Counted from the first letter of the whole stretch, positions 1 through 14,149 are shown. The stretch: DNA of 63,992 bases, filler included, from Gonapodya sp. JEL0774 (GCA_027604505.1; 5 parts of 5 records of this genome joined end to end with filler, not necessarily neighbours in it), one strand, 5' to 3'. Notes: generated by a model from the sequence alone, not told the origin. Made by a program: numbers and translations.

Positions 1-1249
1 TGAGAAATAGGACAGAGGCCCCCAAGGAAAATGAATGGGAGGACAATGAATCTGAAGATGAAATAGAAGAAGCTGATAGTGACTTGAACTAAATGTGCTT
101 AGTATATTCTGTGGGAATACAAATTTTTTCAAAATGGGTGAAAGCTCCAGAAAGCTTGAGCAAGGAGGGGAGGCTCGAGCTCGACCAAGATATCAGAGGC
201 TCAAAGCTCGGCACAAGCATGAAACATGAGATCAAAAGCTTGGTTGGGCGATCTTTTCTTGTGCAATGCTCAGCTCGGGCTCGGCTTGTCATCGCATGAT
301 GTAGGGCGTATGTCAAGGGATGGACCATGGTGAGGAGTGGGTGGACCGTTGGGTCAGAGGTTGTGTCGTCCTCTGTCTCTCCACTTGTGTCAGTCTCCAT
401 GAGGTCAACAGGCTTCTCAAACACGTCTACGTTGTGCACTCTGGAGATTGCCTCTCGGACCTGTTCTCCGAGGTCTTCATCCATAGCCTAATATGTGTCT
501 TGAATGTGAGAGGTGACAGGAAGGTGCGCTTTGAAGCTAGTGAGCATCATGGAATATGTCTTTTTGAGGTCGTCATGGTGACGTCTGAGCCGTGCGATTT
601 GATCAGCGGAGCAGCATCAGGTGCTAGCACTGGGTGTGCCAGTCAGTACATCAGTGAAGAGACTGGCAGAGATCCAGGGGTTCTGGATGATGCAGTCGAA
701 TTCGTACTTTTGGAAGTACTTGTGTGTGAGAGTGGGCTGGTGAGAATCTGTGTATGCGGACTGTAGGTGTTTGAGACTGGCCTTATCCTCTGTGTCATCA
801 TCAACAAGATGCGTCTGCACGGAGGCATTGACCGCAGAGTGAGGTTCTTGGGCTTTGAATATGTGAAGGACAACGACCAATCATGTAATAAGGGGGTGGG
901 TCAGCAAACTGTCAGGGATACCACCCTGTCACAGCCGAACACCAACCGATCAAGAACCAGTTCGGGTTTCTTTTTGCGGGCAGGTCTGCCTTCATCAGAG
1001 GATGAAGCTGAACCTCACTTCTGTTTGTGTTCTCCATCTGCCGCTTCAGAGCTCGAAGAGTCATCTTCGGATGGAGTCTGGTACTCCTCGTCAGATGAGG
1101 CATCTACTGGGAAGGGTGCTTCATGCAGAAGTTCAGAGAAACAAATATCCTAAGCGGGCCTTGCCGCTAGGTCCGCAGCAAGGGATGTATGGTGTCTGCA
1201 ACTGCATAAAGGCGATCCCATCCCTCTGGAGCCTTAATCTGGCGTTGCA

Positions 1250-2330
1250 TTGGAGCAATCACTCTATTATTTGGATATCATTCAAGAGGCAGGAGCTCAA
1301 ATATATAAGGATCACGTTCTCTACCCTTTCTGGAAGAACAGCACTGATTTTGGGGTCACAAATGAGAGGCTTGTTATCACGAGAGTCCAAACTACATTCC
1401 ACAATTGTCAAGAGGTCATTTCAAGTGACTTCCCTGATGAGATGACTGACTCCATGAGGTTCTTGGCTGTGAAGCAGGAGTCACAGATCCCTTTCACACC
1501 TGTCACTACTTTGCTGGAATATACTCTCTTCAGGCAGCACATTGGTGCATTTTGGAAGCCAGGTTCACGAGCCCCTGATTTTGAAGCATTTGCAAAGTCA
1601 ATATACTTCGGTCAAATCCCGCAGTTCACTCCTGATAGAGTAACAGTCTTCCGGAAAACACCTGATTCCTTGCAAAAGCACTTTCAAAAGTATATTTGAG
1701 CAAGGAACCGTGAACAGACTTTGCTGAACTGAGGTTGCATTTCAGTACAACACATGGTGATGTTAGTGACCTTCTTACTCTGGAGAAACCCTCCTACAAT
1801 ACATCAATAGCTCTCCTTGGTATTGATGATGATGAAGATGAGGAACTGGAAAATGTGAGTAACTAGCCAGTATTTTTCTTGTGCTTCTTTGTGTTGAATA
1901 AGTTCAAATCCCTCAGAATGATTCATTTTATCCATTAGATGTGCCACAAAGTTCTGATCCTTCTATTCCGCTTGAGAACATGAACTTCTCCACTGTGAAT
2001 GGCTCCACAGCAAGGCGCCACCCTTTCACTGCCCCTCCAGCTCTTGGCTTGGATGGACAACTTGGTTATACATTACCTGTGGCCTCATTCATACCACCTG
2101 ACAAATCAAAAAGGAAATTTCTGCGCATATGTTTTTATTGTGGGGAGCCTGAATGCAAAGGTTCTGGTGCTAAAGAGCTGTGCTGGTTACATCCAAACAA
2201 TCCAGAAAAGGGTAAGGTACCACAAAAGTGCAGGAAGTGCATGAGGCCTTATTGTAGTGGAAGGAGAACCGGAATATGTGTGAATGAGCAGTGGATTAGT
2301 TCAGGTTTTGGGATTCATCTGAGCTGCCTG
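1250..2330 (+). pseudogene. Degenerate TE-associated protein relic with two C-terminal Cys clusters
   Basis: Broken ORFs 1250-1699 (..FRKTPDSLQKHF..) and 1941-2561 (CFYCGEPECKGSGAKELC; KCRKCMRPYCSGRRTGIC) in CpG-poor, TG/CA-rich DNA. Family not identified. Confidence 0.35.
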
Positions 2331-4219
2331 ATTGAATACCAAATGAGGAGTGCAGACAGATTAAGCTTGCTATTGTTAAATGGCTTAATCAAAAATAGTG
2401 CTCTATTGTATATTTGTAAATGGTATTACAGTTACAGTGGAGAAATTTTTGTAGTATTCTGTGACTTCACGATCCAAGAGCCAATGCCACTGTCATTTAG
2501 AAGAGAGAAAGCGATGCATATTAAGGGTTTTCAGTTAGATGCTCCTTTTTGGACCAAGTAAACCTTTCTGGCTTTTCTGTGCTTCCCCCTACTAGTATGC
2601 AAACTGTTACCACATTGACATCTACCTGCTACTTCTGTGCAACCAGGGCCTTATCTCCATTATCCCCAACATTATCCCCAATCTTCTCTTCACTAAAGAA
2701 CCACTATCACTGATTATCAATTTGAAACAGGAATGTTCACAGTACAAACAGTGCAACAGATTCAAGAGGCTTTCACAATTGAAACACAGGGATGAGACAA
2801 GCACTTCCTCTTCTAGTGTATTTCATGATAGCAGAGCACTGCAGATTGTCTGTTTGGGGAATAATTTACCCCAATGTTTCCATAGCCATCTTAGATGCAC
2901 TGAAAAAAGTGAAGCATTGGGGGGAATGCATTATGAGAGAATCATCAGGTTGAACTTTCACATTGACTTGGAGATTATAATTAATATCCAATCTGTCCTA
3001 ATATCAAATCTCAAGGGCCTTTTAGTGTTTCCAACGAAGTTTTCTGCCTTGATGGGGATTTTCATTAAAGGTTGAGGTAGATTGGCTGTCTGAGTGGTAA
3101 GGGCTCTTTGCAAGCAGTATAATCATGTAAGACACTGTAAAACATATCTTAAACCCTTGTGAATAGTATACAGAGTTAATTCAAGAGAGCATGAGGTGGA
3201 GTCTGTTTTTTGTACACAATTTCTATGGGGTTTGCCACAAACTTCTGACTTACTGTGGTGTTAACTTCCATCAAATGAATAAAGTGTGGTAGGTTGGTCA
3301 AACAGGTACCCAATGGAGGCCTCAGGCACAGACTGTGTGGTGATGGAGATGAAGTTACGCCTCAAGGTGCCTTGGTTGCTGTGTCAAGCTGTCTCTGGTT
3401 GTAAGTGCATGAGGCCCACCTCTGGGCTCCAGCCAATTAGTGCTTGTCACTAGCAAAATAAGCACATTTAAATCTACTATTCTGCCCATCTTACAAGGCT
3501 CACTGTACAACTACTCCCATATCCCAAGACTTGATAAATGATCAGGGTGCAAACAAGCAAATGATATCAGTTCACAGTCAGTTGCATTCTATTCTTGTTT
3601 GGCACACACAATCATACACCATACAGCCACTGCAAGAGTCAAGGTCTTGCCGTTGGAACCATACTGAGACTGCTGTGTGACTGTGACACTCAGGTTCAAC
3701 CAAAGCATGGTTTATGAGCTACACATGTACTAAACGCACAAGTTTCTCCATAAGACAATATACACCCTGGCCCACAGAACCATTACAGTTACACTGTAAG
3801 ACTGAGATGTCAGGTAAATTTAACCCAAGCGAATGAAGTTGAATGCTTGCTGGTGGAAACCCTGGGAAAGGGCAGAACAGGCCAGTGACAGGCAGACTAA
3901 GCTTCAAGGAGGAAGGAACTAGAAGCAACATGAGCTGCAGATAGCTTTAGTTTATGTCAAACCTTAGGCTGACTTGCTTTGCTGATGAATTACAATGTAA
4001 GGGTGTGTACGGCCAGCACATTATTGTGCACGATAAGTAGTTATGTGCACCAATAAATAGTTTCTGCCCAGATTTGGATCATGAGGGTGTGTTTGGCACT
4101 GGTTTTCCAGAAAAAAATCACAGGTGGTTGCTCACCAAAAAAAAAAAACTACCTTCTGGGCTTCTTCTTCAACTGTCACAAACTCGTAGTTTCAGCATAC
4201 ACACCAATTCCTCAACGCA

Positions 4220-5359
4220 ATGGGACTGAAACAATGCAAAACTGGCAAGGCTAAGGCAGAGGATACAGAGGAAATGGACGAGAGGGACAAGAAGGTCCAG
4301 TGGAAGACCAAGGACAGAGAGATGGCGCTATTCGAGACCCTCCTCTCGTTTAAAGCACACAGGAAGGGCGGCAAGTTCTCCAAGCAGTGGATACTGATTG
4401 TCGCTGCCTTCAACGACTGGGCAAAGGTCAAATACAGCAAGACAGCAATTCAGAACAAGCATGGGGAGCTGAAACAAATGCACACAGCATTCCTCAAGCT
4501 CAGGGACCGTTCTGGAGCCGGCGTGGACCCAACAAACCGGTGCAAGGTGACAATGAGCAATGATTTGTGGAAGGATTGGGAGAAGGTGAGTGCTGGGTTA
4601 GGATGCGGGTCCTGAGGAACTCTATCACCGCTTCGTTTTTAATGAACAGCACAATGAAACCCTCCTCAAGTACAAATGGCGTGCCAATGGTTTCCCATTG
4701 CTTGTGCTGGCCGACCAGATCTGGGGACCACTGCTGCCACTGCACAGTATGCAACAAACAGAACAACATACCAGGTGCGAGACACCAGCAGAGACCCAGC
4801 AGACGTGATGGACAGCAGCAACTCATCGGAGGATGAGAAGAGTCGCACGGAGCAAGATGAATGCGATGGACGTAGCCTCTGGGACAGTCGGGAGGCAGGT
4901 GAGCGGTACTTTTCATATTGCTCTAATCACATACCAGACTCCACCACTGATTTTACAGGTCATAGCAGTGCTCCTAGCACTCCCGTGCTTTCTGTCTCTC
5001 TTGATGGGTTGTGGAGGGGCTCCGAGAACTCTGTCACACGCTCGAAAGCCCCAACCACACGCCAGAAATGCAAACAGGACAGCTCCATCACCCCTAACCC
5101 AGCAGACTGAATTGCTGCTGGCATCAACAACTTTGCAGTCGTATTCAAGTCAGCCATGCAGAGTGGCGGGGTGGAGGAGAATGGCAGCTGGGTGGTAAAG
5201 GAACTCAGTGTTGCTCTCACAGACGGGTTCAATGCTGAGGAGCGTCACCACCTCACAAGGCTGTTCAGAGAAGACAAGGTAAACTCAGTGGTTTTCTACA
5301 GCTTGGGGGATGTGGGGACATGGCGGGGTTGTCTTGAGGACCAGGATCTGCCCAGGTAG
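4220..5359 (+). pseudogene. Harbinger Myb/SANT-like DNA-binding protein (spliced, decayed)
   Basis: VQWKTKDREMALFETLL..GGKFSKQWILIVAAFN..YSKTAIQNKHGELKQ..LRDRSGAGVD..DLWKDWEK fits the Myb_DNA-bind_3-like pattern of Harbinger ORF1. Confidence 0.75.
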
Positions 5360-5447
5360 ATGTGTCAGACGCAAGATGCGATAATAAATTTCATGTATTA
5401 CAACAGATGTAGTGTTAATAAGAACAAAAATGTTACGTGAAACACCA

Positions 5448-6812
5448 CTAATTGTCTACAACAGGGGGTGCGTGGTAATCACGTTCCGCCTGGATTCGCA
5501 TATAGTCATCCCACATCCTCTGAGCTGTCTGCTCCCTCCCCACCACTGCTGGCTCCATATGGCGACATTGTGACTGCACCACCCTGCTCACTGTTGGGCC
5601 CACTGGGTATGGGTTAACGGCAACAAAGTCTGTGGCGATTGCGTCCCCAGCACCATGGGTCCGCTGATCCACAAAATTGTAGATCACAATACATGCCTGT
5701 AGAGTGAAGTACATGTACCACCCACCTTTCTCTAGTGCCTGTGTCCTGTTCTTAGCTATGCCGATCACCCACTCAACTATATTGCAGAGGGATGAGTGCC
5801 GCAGGTTGTACAGCTCTAGCAGTGTCTGAGGTCAATGTAGACACAGGAATGCATGAGTCAGTGAAATTTTCAACACTCACCTCTTTCCCCACTCTGCCCA
5901 CTCTTTGATGTGATACCGAACCCTGAACTTGTATGGGGTCCTCCACTGCATATTGTGCTCATATCCTGCATCCACAAGGTACCAGCGTCCATCAGGCACA
6001 TGGAGTCCACCTTGCTGAAGGGTGTCCGCAAGGACTGTATGGTTGTGTGCTGAGCCCTTGTACCCTGCATAAACATAAACAAATTGTCCGTCCAGATCCA
6101 CAATCGCGAGAACATTCTGTGAAAGAAAGCTCTTACAATTCCGAAAGGGAACCTGAGTGTCCCCTACAGGTAAGCGTGCCTCGATGTATGTACCGTCAGC
6201 AGCACCAAGGCACCCATCAAAATATGGGTAGAAACGAGGGTTCCCTGTGATTCTTTCTGACTCTGCAGTGTTTGCCATGGGTAGTACAGTATAGTCCTGG
6301 GCAAGAGAAGCAACAGCAGCTTGAGCAGCTCGGATGTAAGCTGTTACAGTGGACAGGGAGTGCTGGAAACGAGTCCGTATAGCCTGCATGGACACTCCTT
6401 GTCCCAGATACATCATTTGCTACTCTACGCTGGCCTCCACTGTGTCAATCAGTCGCTGTCACAAGCAAATCTCCTGGCAGAGGTCTAGGAAGACCTTTTG
6501 CAGCATCCTCAGATTGTCAAGGACCATCTCATCATGGCCCACACAGAATTTCCTGAGTCCAGGCCTTGCCCTGAAGCGCTGCATTGGTCATTGGTTGCGG
6601 AACTCAGCAAGGATGGGGAATCTAAAAAAGAGGCAGCAGCAGCGACAAGCACGACAAAGGCGGCACCAGTTGCCGCGACCATCCCAGTCCTGCCTTCCAC
6701 CTGATTGTTGATTCCACGTCCATATTTTCCACCATGATGCCAATCTGTGATGTGGGAGATGCGGGGTTTCTCGAGGGATTATGTGCGGGATGTTCAGCAC
6801 TTGCTTGACCAA
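5448..6812 (-). pseudogene. Harbinger (DDE_Tnp_4 / HARBI1-like) transposase, disrupted
   Basis: GCLGAADGTYI, SQNVLAIVDLDGQFVYVYAGYKGSAHN, YLVDAGY, HSSLCNIVEWVIG motifs; in-frame stops and frameshifts. Confidence 0.9.
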
Positions 6813-9004
6813 AAACTAGTAATTTACAAAGTACTCATACACGCACCCCCAATAACAAATACTTCATAAATAACTACTTTTTAAAACTACGGGTGCTGTA
6901 CACGCCCTAAGGATTATAAGGCTAATACCAATGACAATAATTGGAGTGTCCAGAATTGTATTGACAGCTGAGTACCTTAACCTTTCCTGGTGTAAACACC
7001 AAACATTCCAAATCCTGATATTGACTACAATCTTCCTCAACCAGGCTGTGCACCTGACATTGCGAGGTCTACACAGCTTGTTTACTTTTGAACTACAGTA
7101 CTCAGTTTCTTGCCACATGCACTGTGTGACCCGCCCAGGGATCATGTCAGGGAACCAAATGAGATAGGCTATGATGGAATGTGAATAGAAGGAAAACAAT
7201 ACAAACAGCTCACATCCTACCTATGACGGAGTGAAGTCAACCAAACCTAGAGAAACTAAAACCCTCACAGTAGGATCACCCAGTGGGTGCTGTGCCACAC
7301 AACCCTAATCATGTGACTAATCCCTACACCACCACCACCAACCTAGCAGTATGCTAACAAATGTCACCAAAGGTGACACACTGTGTCATAGAACCAGTTG
7401 GCTGTTAATAAATGCACTGAGGTTGGTAACTTGTTCCAACAGGTCCACTTGAAAGTGTGATGCTACTTTACAGTCCTGGTCTAGTTCTATCATCTATGAT
7501 GGTGTATGTTCTGGGCTGCTCCATTTCCTTAATTAGCCACAGTCTGTTTGCAGAACCACCAATGGTTTGGTGGTGCCTCAGGCTTGTACAAAGAGCTCTG
7601 ATAGAAAATTTCAGATCTATTGGTCATTGGAGGTATAATATCATATTATTTGCTGCCTCATTCCTAACCTGTTCCTTGGATACTGAGGTAGTCCTCCTAG
7701 AGTCTCAATACTTGGTGAGTTCAACAGATAGCACTCTACATGAAAAATACAGCATTGGTTCCTTGGTGCCATGTAAATCTATCCAAAAATTACACTGTGT
7801 GACTTTCTGCTTGGCACCACAAGGAGATATATAAAAGCAATAGTTTACATTTTAAGATTGGATCAAATCACAACTAAAACTCAGAAGTCTGAACTCAAAG
7901 TCTCAGTGAGTTCCTTGTGTTGTCTCCCATGACTCTGCACTCCCTCGCGAAATATCCTTGAAGTTCCTCTTCTGCGTTTCCCTGTCACGTTCTCTCCAGC
8001 TACTATCACCCAATGTTTGAGTTTCTCTCTCTACAGCCATTACCTTTGAGTTTGTCACCGCTTCCACAGACCACCCACATGAGGGGCAGAGCCTGAGTTG
8101 CACTTTGTCTCACATCCCACCTCCTCACCGACATCCAGTCACCCAGTCACCCAGTTTCCCCGAATATCCAAACTTGTTCCACTGTCCCTCACAGTAAGCT
8201 GTTTTGCACAGGAGGTGGAAGAGTCATTTCTGAAGCAATATGCTTCTTGTGGTGGCAGGTTCACTCTTACAAGTTATATATGCAGTTGAATAGTAGCAAC
8301 CAGCAAGATGAAACCAGGCCAGTAATGAAATTGATTATCACAATCATACATGTAGTAACAACCACTTTTTGTACACAACTGGGACTGTCTATAGACCACA
8401 GAGTACTGAGGTCATGACCCACAGTCAAATACACTCTCTTACATTCTCTGCTTTGAAATTGTCTCCAAGAACGACCCCCGCTGTAATCCCTCGTTTTTGA
8501 ATCATGTCACTTCGCGTGGATGCCCTCCGGGTCTTCCTCCTGCAGCCCCCCGAGCAGTCTTTGAGTTTGTAGCTCACTTCATGCTGCTCTCTCGCTCAGA
8601 TTTTTCGATTATCTGGATCAAATGGATATATCAACTCTCTATCAAGAGTTGACTATTGTCTCCCTGCTTCTGTGTCTGTCTCCTGCCCTCTTGACTTGGT
8701 AATACCTCCCCAATCAGTACATCTTCTTGATACTACCTATTTCAAAGTCCCTTAATCGTCACAAGATCACGCTACACAAATGAAACATCACTAGACTATG
8801 ATGTTTGGTGCCTTATCTTTGACCGGCTCCGTTCACAGTATGTTTCAGGTTAACACAAATGAAATCACTCTTTTCCACGATCCAGGATGTTTCAAGAGTG
8901 TCAACGACACTTCATACGCTGCAAAGGAGTGTGAGGATAATGAAAGACAACGGAAAACTCTATTCTGAAAAGACTGTGCTCGGCTCCATTATCTACCTCA
9001 ACTA

Positions 9005-10800
9005 CTACTTGCTACTTTGTTCTTTGATCAGCTCCTTCTGAAGTTTGTCCAAGGACCATTTCTCATCCAGCCGACAAGTCTCAAGAGCTTGTACTGCCCT
9101 CTCCACACCTCCCTCCTTCTCCTGCAGGTCCTCAATGGCCTTGTACAACGCCTTCCACCTACAGGCAAATTGTGAATCTCCAACTCGCCATTGTGCTCCA
9201 AAGCACTTATCCAGCTCCTTCACTGGTGGGCCACCTGCGTATCCATCTATGTACTCGGACCAGCCATCGGGGACTGTCTTGATTGAACGATTGAACTTGT
9301 ACTTGGGCATTTCACCACCTCTGGGCCAACAAAACCCAGAAGTGGCCCTCTCAGGCTCTCCCTCCTCCTCCCCCTCGTTTGCAGCATTAGCACAATTTTG
9401 GTCTCGACCACTCCCAATCTGTTCCTGATCACGCTCACGTTGACCCACTTCACTTGAGTGGTTTGCAGCTGATTGGCCCTGTGTTCGTAGCTCGTGGCTT
9501 CCTCTACTGCTCTGACCCCCACTCCCCGCCAAAGAAGACGCATCAATTGCCGTCAGCGTCTCCGTAAATGAACGAATTCCATTTCCTAGTGCCTTCAGCA
9601 TGGTATTGTTCACTCGAACAAGAGACGAAACCTGATGATTCAAAGAGTCAACAGTTTCTATCAAAGGTTGGACTGTGCGCTGAACCGAAGAGACTGTGTC
9701 ACGTTGATGCGCAGCCATTGCATCCATGAGGTCTGGAACAGCTGTTTGAAGATCTGTCATGACTGGCATTTGAACACCAGGTGCTTCCATGGCTGCCTTC
9801 AACCTGTCCCGGAAGTTATGAAACTGTGGAGACTGAAAGACAGGGGTCTGAAATAAGTGATGGGATTCGTAGGCAGGGTTGCTCATCAAAACTGCCCCAT
9901 CTTGGAGGATAACAATGCGAAGCCACCGCAGTAGATCTAAGAAACCGATGGCTGCAAGATCCTGAGACACTCCTGTCCTACTTGTCACTTCAGCAAATAA
10001 ATCGTCGATCCCGGGAAATATCAGTGACTGCAGATCTTCATCGCGATGCCACGAACTCGGGGCACTGCGTAAAGTCCACTGCAACCTGCCCAGAATGAGA
10101 GTTCACTGCCCTCTTCCATTTTGAAGAGCTAGTGCTCCCTCTGTTTTGGTGGAGTGTCAATCCATCCTCTTGTTGTATCTTGTCCTCAGAGTCCATTTCA
10201 ATCACCTGATCGGCATGCTGTGACTGTCCTTCAGCAGTGGTGGGAGTTTCTCCATTCCCTGACTCAAACCTCCTCACTCCACTCTCTTCTCTTTCATTTT
10301 GTCGCCCCACACAACTTTCACCGTCCTGCGTGGGAGGTTCTACGTTTGAAATCAGCCGATGTTTTCGACTCTTCTTTGCGATTTGGAGCTCATTCCCATC
10401 CTCGTCCACAAAAAACTTTCGTGCAATACGATTGCCGCGAGGGATAATCACTTTCTCCAAGAAAAGAAGGAGCTTGGCCTCCGATACCAAGTCCCTGTCA
10501 GAGAAGTTCCGTTCCAGACACCAAGCCCCCCACAGCTTCTGCGTTGGTTCGTACACTTTCGTTGTTCCTTTTGGACGCTCTGCAAGCTTGTGTTCCACGG
10601 CATGCCTTGTAGCGGCTAGGAGGTCAGCTTCATTCGCAGCGGCTTGCGATAGGTGGGCAGACCCCACGGTTGCAAGTGTCTCTGAATCCAAAGCAGTCCA
10701 GCCGGGGGAAGAAGGTGATTCAGAATTTAAAAGTCGCCCAGCTGCTGCAACTGAAGCGGGCAGCAAAGCGAGTGACGAGACGGAGGGTTGGTTAGACATG
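9005..10800 (-). mobile_element. CryptonF-like (Ndc10/GCR1_C) element protein with most of the tyrosine-recombinase domain missing
   Basis: N-terminus RPKGTTKVYEPTQKLWGAWC..DLVSEAKLLLFL; Ndc10-II tail LIFPGID..GFLDLLRWLRIVILQDGAVL..HHLFQTPVF; C-terminal GCR1_C YKFNRSIKTVPDGWSEYIDGYAGGPPVKELDKCFGAQWR. Frame change near 10040-10085. Confidence 0.8.
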
Positions 10801-11412
10801 GTTTTCGGCGTTCTGTAGAAGGAAATGCTTCGATCTCGCCCATATGTAACTAAAACAACATCCAAACTTACATAATCAGCGGATTTTGTCACTGTTTCGG
10901 TATCCTTCCTTTCCGTTTCTTTTCCAGCGCAATGAGATTCGGCGCCTGCCTTTAAAGAACAATAGTTTCGCAAGTTGAAGCTCCTCGAACGCCTGCAATC
11001 TTGGAAGAGAGATCGAATTCCGTTTGACTTCCACGTAGTTGGCGAGATTGAAGACAAAAGTCCGTGTTTGGGTGGTGGGGAAAGGTCAGTGGCGTGTGGT
11101 TAGTAGACCACAAAGGTCACCTTGCGCACGATAATATTATTATTTACATAAGGTCATGTAACATGTTGGTTTCTAGAGCACTGTGGTGATGTTACCTGCA
11201 TGTTTATTAACCATGGGTCATGACCTGCCCTTGGTGACCCATGACCCAGGGTGCGCAGAGTGGGAGGTTCCTCGCTATTGCAGATTGACCCATGTGAACT
11301 CAAAAACTGTTAAAGAATGTAAATTCAAGACCTTTTGGCAAGTTCAAGTACTCAAAAAAATTTCCGCTGCGCGGCGCTTGAATTCAAGATTGGCCTCCCT
11401 GACACCGATCCA

Positions 11413-13965
11413 ATGCCCGAATTTCGCTTCAAGTGCAAATTGTCCTGGTCTCTTCAATCTCCGACCTCTCCCGCAGCTCTACTGTATTCTTCGCGACCCC
11501 TTGTGATCTGTTCTCGAATGAGCCCACACCCCCCGACACCATCCCGCCGGACCTCCGCCAGGTCTCCTTCTTCGATAAGCACTCTCAAGACCTCAACTCA
11601 CGGCGCACATCTAAGCTACTGTCTGGTTTTTTGGCGATGCACCGTGATAACAAAACTACTGAGGGAAACTGGGACGGCTCACTGTCTGCAGACGGGGTGA
11701 AGAGGGGTGAAACGGTCTCCAACGGGGACAAGGAGAAGATTATCGGGACCAAATCTCGAGAGGTACTTTGGGATGAGTGGTTGTCGGAATGTGAACCCCC
11801 GATGCCGGTCACGCCACCATGATTTGGTCCCCAATCCAACCAATAAGCCAAATCCCTCCCCAAACCACAGTGGGCTATTGGCAAGACCCTCGGTCAAGGA
11901 TCTCTCGCCTCGGTCTCAGAAGTCCGTCCTCTCGTGGTGTGAGGCGGGTATGAACAGGAACTTCAGTCTGTCCTCAAGTCTTCCAAGGTTGTTCCCTGTG
12001 GAGACATGAACGTCAGCAAAAACAACCGCCACCAGTTTCTATACGTGGTCCGGGAATTGGCGACACTGCTACACTTGTTGAGGAGGCACCCAACTTTCCC
12101 CGGACTGAATGAGGCGAAGAGTGTAAAGGCATTGCTCCCTATCCCGCTTGGGATATTGAGTCAGACTGCCACGTCTAATTCTACCTCCTTATTAGTTCGG
12201 TCACCCGTCTATCCTCAAAAATCTAATACGAGCACATTAGATTCTGACAACCGCGAGGTTTACACGTTTATGGAACGCGCCAAGGGGATTAGATTGTTTG
12301 ACTACCTCTGAGAGCGTGGCGGGAAACTTCCTGAAAAAGAAGTGAAAATTTTGATGAAGCAATTGTTGAGGACGCTTGGTGATGTAAGCTTGAAATGAGG
12401 AGTGCCCAATGAATGGCGGGTTTTCGCAAATGTGGTGTTAACCCTTTTCTGATCATCGATTCGCCAGACTACATGCAAACCAACCGCGTCGTGCACCGTG
12501 ATATCAAGGTTAGCTCCTGACGTTGATGTATGTGAGTGCACACAGCTATGAGCTGACTGAGGCTAGTGATAATTGTTCCCTATGTACCTTGTCAAGCTGG
12601 ACAACATCATTATTGACCCACAGTAGGTTTGTGACGTATTCAGTATAGCTCTGTTTTGCGACGTTAATGTCTGTTTGCCTTGATGGGTGCAGTGTGAACT
12701 TCTAGAACACTTCACGTCATGTGATTGACTCCAACTTGGCGACGTTTTACCACCCGAGTATTCTGCGGAACAAGCGAGTGGTACGTTTCCGATTACCTGA
12801 TGATCTATTCCTCCTTCTAACTCCACACGTGCGCGGGGTTGCATCAACTACAGTTCTCCTGAAATTCTTGGGACGGCCATTACCCAGAGCGTGGAAGACA
12901 CTTTGCCGAAATGGGGTGTAGCGACTTGCGGTCTTTTGGTGTGGTCATGTATGGCATGTTGGTTGGTTATTTCCCCTTCGTGAGGTCCGAGATGTGAATC
13001 GAGGCGATATATGCTATTGCTGAAGAATTCTAATCGTGATCCTGGTTCTCTTCTACAGCGCTCTCAAACACCACGCAAATCATACAAAGAAATACTCAAA
13101 TTTCATGAGAAATCCCTCGTTTGGATCGGCTCGGATCACGTTACACAACCTGAACGTCGCTTCGCAGAAAAGTTTCTCAATCCCGGACTTGTGGGCCACC
13201 TCACCTTAGGGAAGCTCGTTGAAGATCCATACCTGCCCGGTGTGGCGATCTCTTTGATGATTTCTGGTTTGAGTTGGCGCACAGCGACAATCTATCCATC
13301 AAAGTTCCTAGATGACCTCCATTTGCGTCCCCAGTAACGCTTTCGGCTGAGCTGAGACGGTTCTGAACAATTAATCAGGCTGGTATCTCACCCAAAATGA
13401 CGTCTGAAGATCTGGACGTGCAGTATTTTGCGATAGGAGGGCCATGTTAAAGATGCAAGGCACAGAGCCACTACTGTGTGTCTTGGAACAAGAGAGAATG
13501 GTTGTGGGAGACTTTCTGGTCGTTGATGTTGACGTGGACAATCGGATGCCCCTCAATAGCAGTAGGAAGAGTTCAGACTGTTGTTGCGCCGGATCTGTGG
13601 CCTACAGACTCTATATCTTCGTTGTCGTCGGAAAACTTTGGCGTTGGATTGATACAGGGTGGAAACCCGTCGACGAGCTCTCACTGGATAGCGTTTCGGG
13701 TAGGCGATGAAACCACAACGTCATGAGCACCAAGCCAACAAGCACCTCCGCCGATTTACCTCTCTATGCCCCAGCCTCCAAGATCCAGGGGTGGGAGCTG
13801 AGCTACAAATTGAAAATGACCATTGGAAAAATGGTATGCAATCACTTCCGAACTGTGAAGGCTGCAAAGGGACTGGAAGAAGAGCAAGGAAGGACCTGCC
13901 ACGCATGTCGGGAGAGATGGAGAATGCTGCTTCAAGTCACCATTTGGTGTTGTGAGACACAATGA
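11413..13965 (+). pseudogene. Ser/Thr protein kinase, probably degenerate (ends approximate)
   Basis: Exon fragments VYTFMERAKGIRLFDYL, VVHRDIK|LDNIII, VIDSNLA (DFG position), GCINYSSPEIL, DLRSFGVVMYGMLVGYFPF; apparent frameshifts/stops in the 5' part. Confidence 0.6.
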
Positions 13966-14149
13966 ATCTGCGTTGAAAGCCACAATCTGCGTACCTTCTT
14001 TTCGACGATGGAGCAGCTTTTTGCTGCATTTAGATAGGGACCCGGTTAAATATTACAAGTGTCAATATTCACTGCAAGATTTTGTTGGAGTTAACATTTG
14101 CTGGTCGGGGAGAGTGTGAGCATGGTACGAGGAATGATAGCTAGGAAGA

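Larger units (their letters stand above)
4001..6907. mobile_element. PIF/Harbinger DNA transposon, full length, decayed
   Basis: 13-bp TIRs GGGTGTGTACGGC (4001-4013) and GCTGTACACGCCC (6895-6907); the 2 mismatches are CpG transitions. TAA target-site duplications at 3998-4000 and 6908-6910. Carries convergent Myb/SANT-like and DDE transposase genes. Confidence 0.9.
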
